NCBI GenBank assembly: GCA_036630325.1
Contig: CP142727.1
Coordinates: 930,001-994,000 of the forward strand
From: Vairimorpha necatrix
Lineage: Eukaryota
DNA: 64,000 nt
Reading direction: 5' to 3'
Below, one piece after another: positions 62,370 through 64,000 of the stretch; within the stretch, counting starts at the first letter, position 1, and each line of letters begins with the position of its first letter. The position numbers were made by a program, and so were the translations under genes. The notes under the pieces are model-generated. The model made no database searches. It was not told the DNA's origin and saw only the letters and a program-made list of their open reading frames with translations.

Positions 62370-63623
62370 CGTTGTTAAGTTTAATCAAAAGGGGTTAAAA
62401 GAATAAAAAGGAAATAAATAATCAAGGCAAATGCAAAATCAGGGTGTATGCCAAATTTACTACAAACGGAACGCATATAAACAGCTTTTCATACATAATG
62501 CTAAAAACTAATTACATAACCAAATTTATGTTATAAAAATAAACAAAAAACGGAATTTGCAAAAAACCACAAAGCATATAAAATAACACTCATAAAAAGA
62601 GAGGCGGAAGGCCGTATATGGGCAGTAAGAAAAATCAAAAGAACTGATGCATATATGCGTTCCATTGTGCTTAAAGAGAATTAAAGACCCAAGCAAACGC
62701 AAATGGAATATTTGTGCATGCAAAGAAAAATAGCCCTGAAACAGCAATGAGATGTGAAGATGAATGAAGCAAAAAGGAAAAAATTAAGAAGAAGCAACGA
62801 AATGTTCTTAACTCCATTAGTAAGACATACAAAGCGCTGGTCTTATTTATATATATATATATATATATCTTAAAGTCTAAAACTTTAGAAAGAGGATCAC
62901 GTAGTACTAACAATACTACAAATTGTTTGTTTTTATTTTGGAATTTTTTACTTTTCAAAAATAGACCTTTCGACCGGTCTATTCCAAATATTTACTATTT
63001 ATTCATTTTTTTGCCCCTACCCCAGATATTGGCAAGCAATAAGATAATTGACAATACGCTTGGTGCACAAGACCAATGAAGGGAATAGCAGCCAGGGAAC
63101 AAATTTCTAATGGTAAGGGGGAACATTGCATAACTTCAATGAAGGTGTCATTTATAATACCTTTATTGTGTTTATGTTATTTTGTGTGCTCTGCGGGTTT
63201 CTATTCGCGGTTCTTGTAATAGTCATCAAAAAATTTTAATACCTCTTTTAAAAATGCGTATGTCTCCTTTTCTCTATAATTAAGATTACAACCACCTCAA
63301 TTAATACGTTTTCCCGCCCTTTAGTGGTACCGAGTATTATTGAGTTCGTTGGCCATTCTCTTATAACCTTTTCTTCATAAGCATACACCTTGTTGTCTTT
63401 ACAAGGTGTAAGAACTTGCTTATGTTGTTGTATTGATCGATATCCACCTGAGTATATCGATCTAACAAGTAGTTTATAAAATCATCTTCGATTAGCAGAT
63501 TCTTGGGGACGCCAGCAAAATTCCCCATAAGAATTTTATCGGATAAGGCGTTCCTCTCTTCATTTGGAATTACAGATTCCAAATTATTTTCTGTTTTGAA
63601 CTTTTCCTGTTTGTTATTTTGGA

Positions 63624-64000
63624 CAATTTTTTCAACAATGTTACTATCCATCACACGCTAGCCGGTGTATTTAAAATATCATAACATGACAAAATGGCCA
63701 CTTTGATAGCAGTCCATGATTCATGCGGGTATTTGTTCTTTCATTGGTCTAGTTTTATCAATGTCTCTATTGTGCTTTATTTTTATTTTTCAAGTTCATT
63801 AAAAAGTCATGTAATCTATCGACATGCTACTTCAATTTTGTTGTTTTTAACAATTTTTTAAACAATGTTACTATCAATATACACGCTAGCCGGTGTATTT
63901 AAAATATCATAACATGACAAAATGGCCACTTTGATAGCAGTCCATGATTCATGTGGGTATTTGTTCTTTCATTGGTCTAGTTTTATCAATGTCTCTATTG
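63624..64000. repeat. Tandem repeat, ~228-bp unit, at least 1.6 copies, runs off the window
   Basis: 63634 onward recurs almost exactly from 63861. Confidence 0.88.

Overview
Very AT-rich eukaryotic DNA with no recognisable intact host gene in 64 kb. It is most likely microsporidian (inference from CCC/GGG motifs just upstream of start codons, no visible introns, and the TE repertoire). The window is a stack of nested transposable elements: about a dozen Merlin/IS1595(ISXO2)-type elements and MITEs, several with 8-bp TSDs (one intact, 47448-48496); an intact-looking Ginger2/TDD-type integrase running off the left edge; several Ty3/gypsy elements and solo LTRs; R4/Dong-like non-LTR elements; a decayed Helitron; and decayed MULE transposases. 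An ~11-14 kb direct segmental duplication (23481-37669 vs 49609-60543) supplies empty sites that confirm four insertions. Most notable: (1) two unrelated gypsy families carry a self-complementary ATTTGA(GC/AT)TCAAA motif where the tRNA primer-binding site should be; (2) a ~3.15 kb gypsy has 46-48 bp LTRs and no visible protease, and a second element has 61-62 bp LTRs; (3) two decayed copies of a divergent histone H3 (CenH3-like) gene; (4) a tRNA 3' half sits inside the end of the Ginger-like transposon. All alignments and translations were done by eye, and boundaries of degenerate elements are approximate.
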